Shown here in pieces: positions 62,923 through 64,000 of a stretch of DNA of 64,000 nucleotides; position 1 is the first letter of the stretch, and each line of letters opens with the position of its first letter. The stretch comes from Opitutales bacterium (GTDB taxonomy: Bacteria > Verrucomicrobiota > Verrucomicrobiia > Opitutales > UBA2987), in contig CBDDEL010000012.1 in NCBI GenBank assembly GCA_965226885.1, positions 256,001 to 320,000 of the forward strand, read 5' to 3'. The notes beneath the pieces were generated by a model that ran no database searches, was not told the DNA's origin, and saw nothing but the letters and a program-made list of their open reading frames with translations. Position numbers and translations under genes: made by a program.

Positions 62923-64000
62923 CTACCGCAACACGTTTTTCTCCATCAATGGCAAGCTGTTGCGCGGTTTTTGGTCGAATTGGCAGAGGGCGTTGGCTAC
63001 CGCCCCGGCCGTCGGTACAAGGCCGATTTCGCCTACTCCCTTGGCCCCGTAAGGCCCGTGCGGATCGGCCACTTCGACGCCTTTGACCACCGTTCGCGGC
63101 ATGAACTGCGGCTTGAGAACTCCGCAATCGACAAAACGAGTTGATTTTAGAAAGCCGTTTTCCATGGGCAAATCCTCGGTCAGGGCATAACCGAGGCCCA
63201 TGTGAATGGCCCCTTCGATTTGGCCTTCAAAGAGGACCGGGTTCATGATTTTGCCGGCGTCGTGGGCTGCGTAAACGGTGTCGATCTTGCCATTCTCATC
63301 GAGGGTCACGACCTGGGTGGCGTAACCGTAGGAATAATGGGTAACCTCCTCGCCTTTCTCATTGAGAATGCCCGGTTTGGTGGTCCAATCGCAAATCCAT
63401 TTACCGCGGTAGGATTTGCCCGACAATTCGGCCAGGGAATGAGTTGCGAGGTCTTTATTCAGCTCGATGCAGGCATTGATAACGGAATTGCCGATGAGGG
63501 AGGTGGCGCGGGAGGCGGTCGTCATCCCACAGAGTGTTTCCTGGGCCGTATCGACGTAAACATCGATGATGTCCGGGTTGAGGCCCGTTTCTTCACAGAG
63601 GGTCTGAATGGCCATATTGTGCGCCCCCTGCCCCATTTCCGTCCATCCGTGGTAAATCACCACACTGTTCCCTGAAACGATGTCGATCTTGCATTCGCCG
63701 GTATCGGGCATGCCATTGCCCACGCCGGTGTTTTTGATGCCGCAGGCGATTCCGGCGTATTTGGCGGCGTAAAATTCGTCCTTCACGGCGAGAAGGGTTT
63801 CGCGCAGACCGCAGCCGCTTTCGATTTTTTGACCCGTGGCGGTGTAGGAGCCATTGCGGATGCAATTGTCGTAACGGAACTGCCAGCGGTCGAAACCGCC
63901 CTGGGCACATAATTCGTCGATGCAGCGCTCCATGGCGAAAGCCACCTGATTGACTCCGAAACCACGAAAAGCGCCGCAGGGGATATTGTTGGTGTAAACG
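62923..64000 (-). CDS. Xanthine dehydrogenase-family molybdopterin subunit (Se-dependent type), 5' part off the window
   Basis: GAFRGFG-NQ, KNTGVGNG, EMGQG, GMTTASR, EGQIEG, GAKGVGE. Confidence 0.88.
   Translation of the reverse strand, partial: VYTNNIPCGAFRGFGVNQVAFAMERCIDELCAQGGFDRWQFRYDNCIRNGSYTATGQKIESGCGLRETLLAVKDEFYAAKYAGIACGIKNTGVGNGMPDTGECKIDIVSGNSVVIYHGWTEMGQGAHNMAIQTLCEETGLNPDIIDVYVDTAQETLCGMTTASRATSLIGNSVINACIELNKDLATHSLAELSGKSYRGKWICDWTTKPGILNEKGEEVTHYSYGYATQVVTLDENGKIDTVYAAHDAGKIMNPVLFEGQIEGAIHMGLGYALTEDLPMENGFLKSTRFVDCGVLKPQFMPRTVVKGVEVADPHGPYGAKGVGEIGLVPTAGAVANALCQFDQKPRNSLPLMEKNVLR

Overview
64 kb of bacterial chromosome, probably Verrucomicrobiota/Opitutales (inferred from gene content such as DUF2851- and TIGR03790-like genes). 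It has about 50 genes, including intact housekeeping genes (scpB, ilvD, pgi, rsmI, pdxH, pfk, purB, trxA, ribH-nusB-ftsY-aroB, pdxA, infC, tRNA-Gly). It also has five IS copies (3x IS1380, 1x IS5/ISNCY-like, 1x IS1), an IS1380 composite transposon inside pilC, an ERIC/RPE-like MITE, and a probable integrase-less integron cassette pair with attC sites. The most striking signal is nine perfect head-to-tail tandem duplications of 12-25 nt with only 0-2 nt of junction microhomology. All nine fall in dispensable genes, several genes carry two lesions, and no core gene is hit. With the IS insertions and single-base indels, about 11 host genes are disrupted. This suggests ongoing genome decay driven by an unusual duplication-generating process, unless read mapping shows an assembly artefact.
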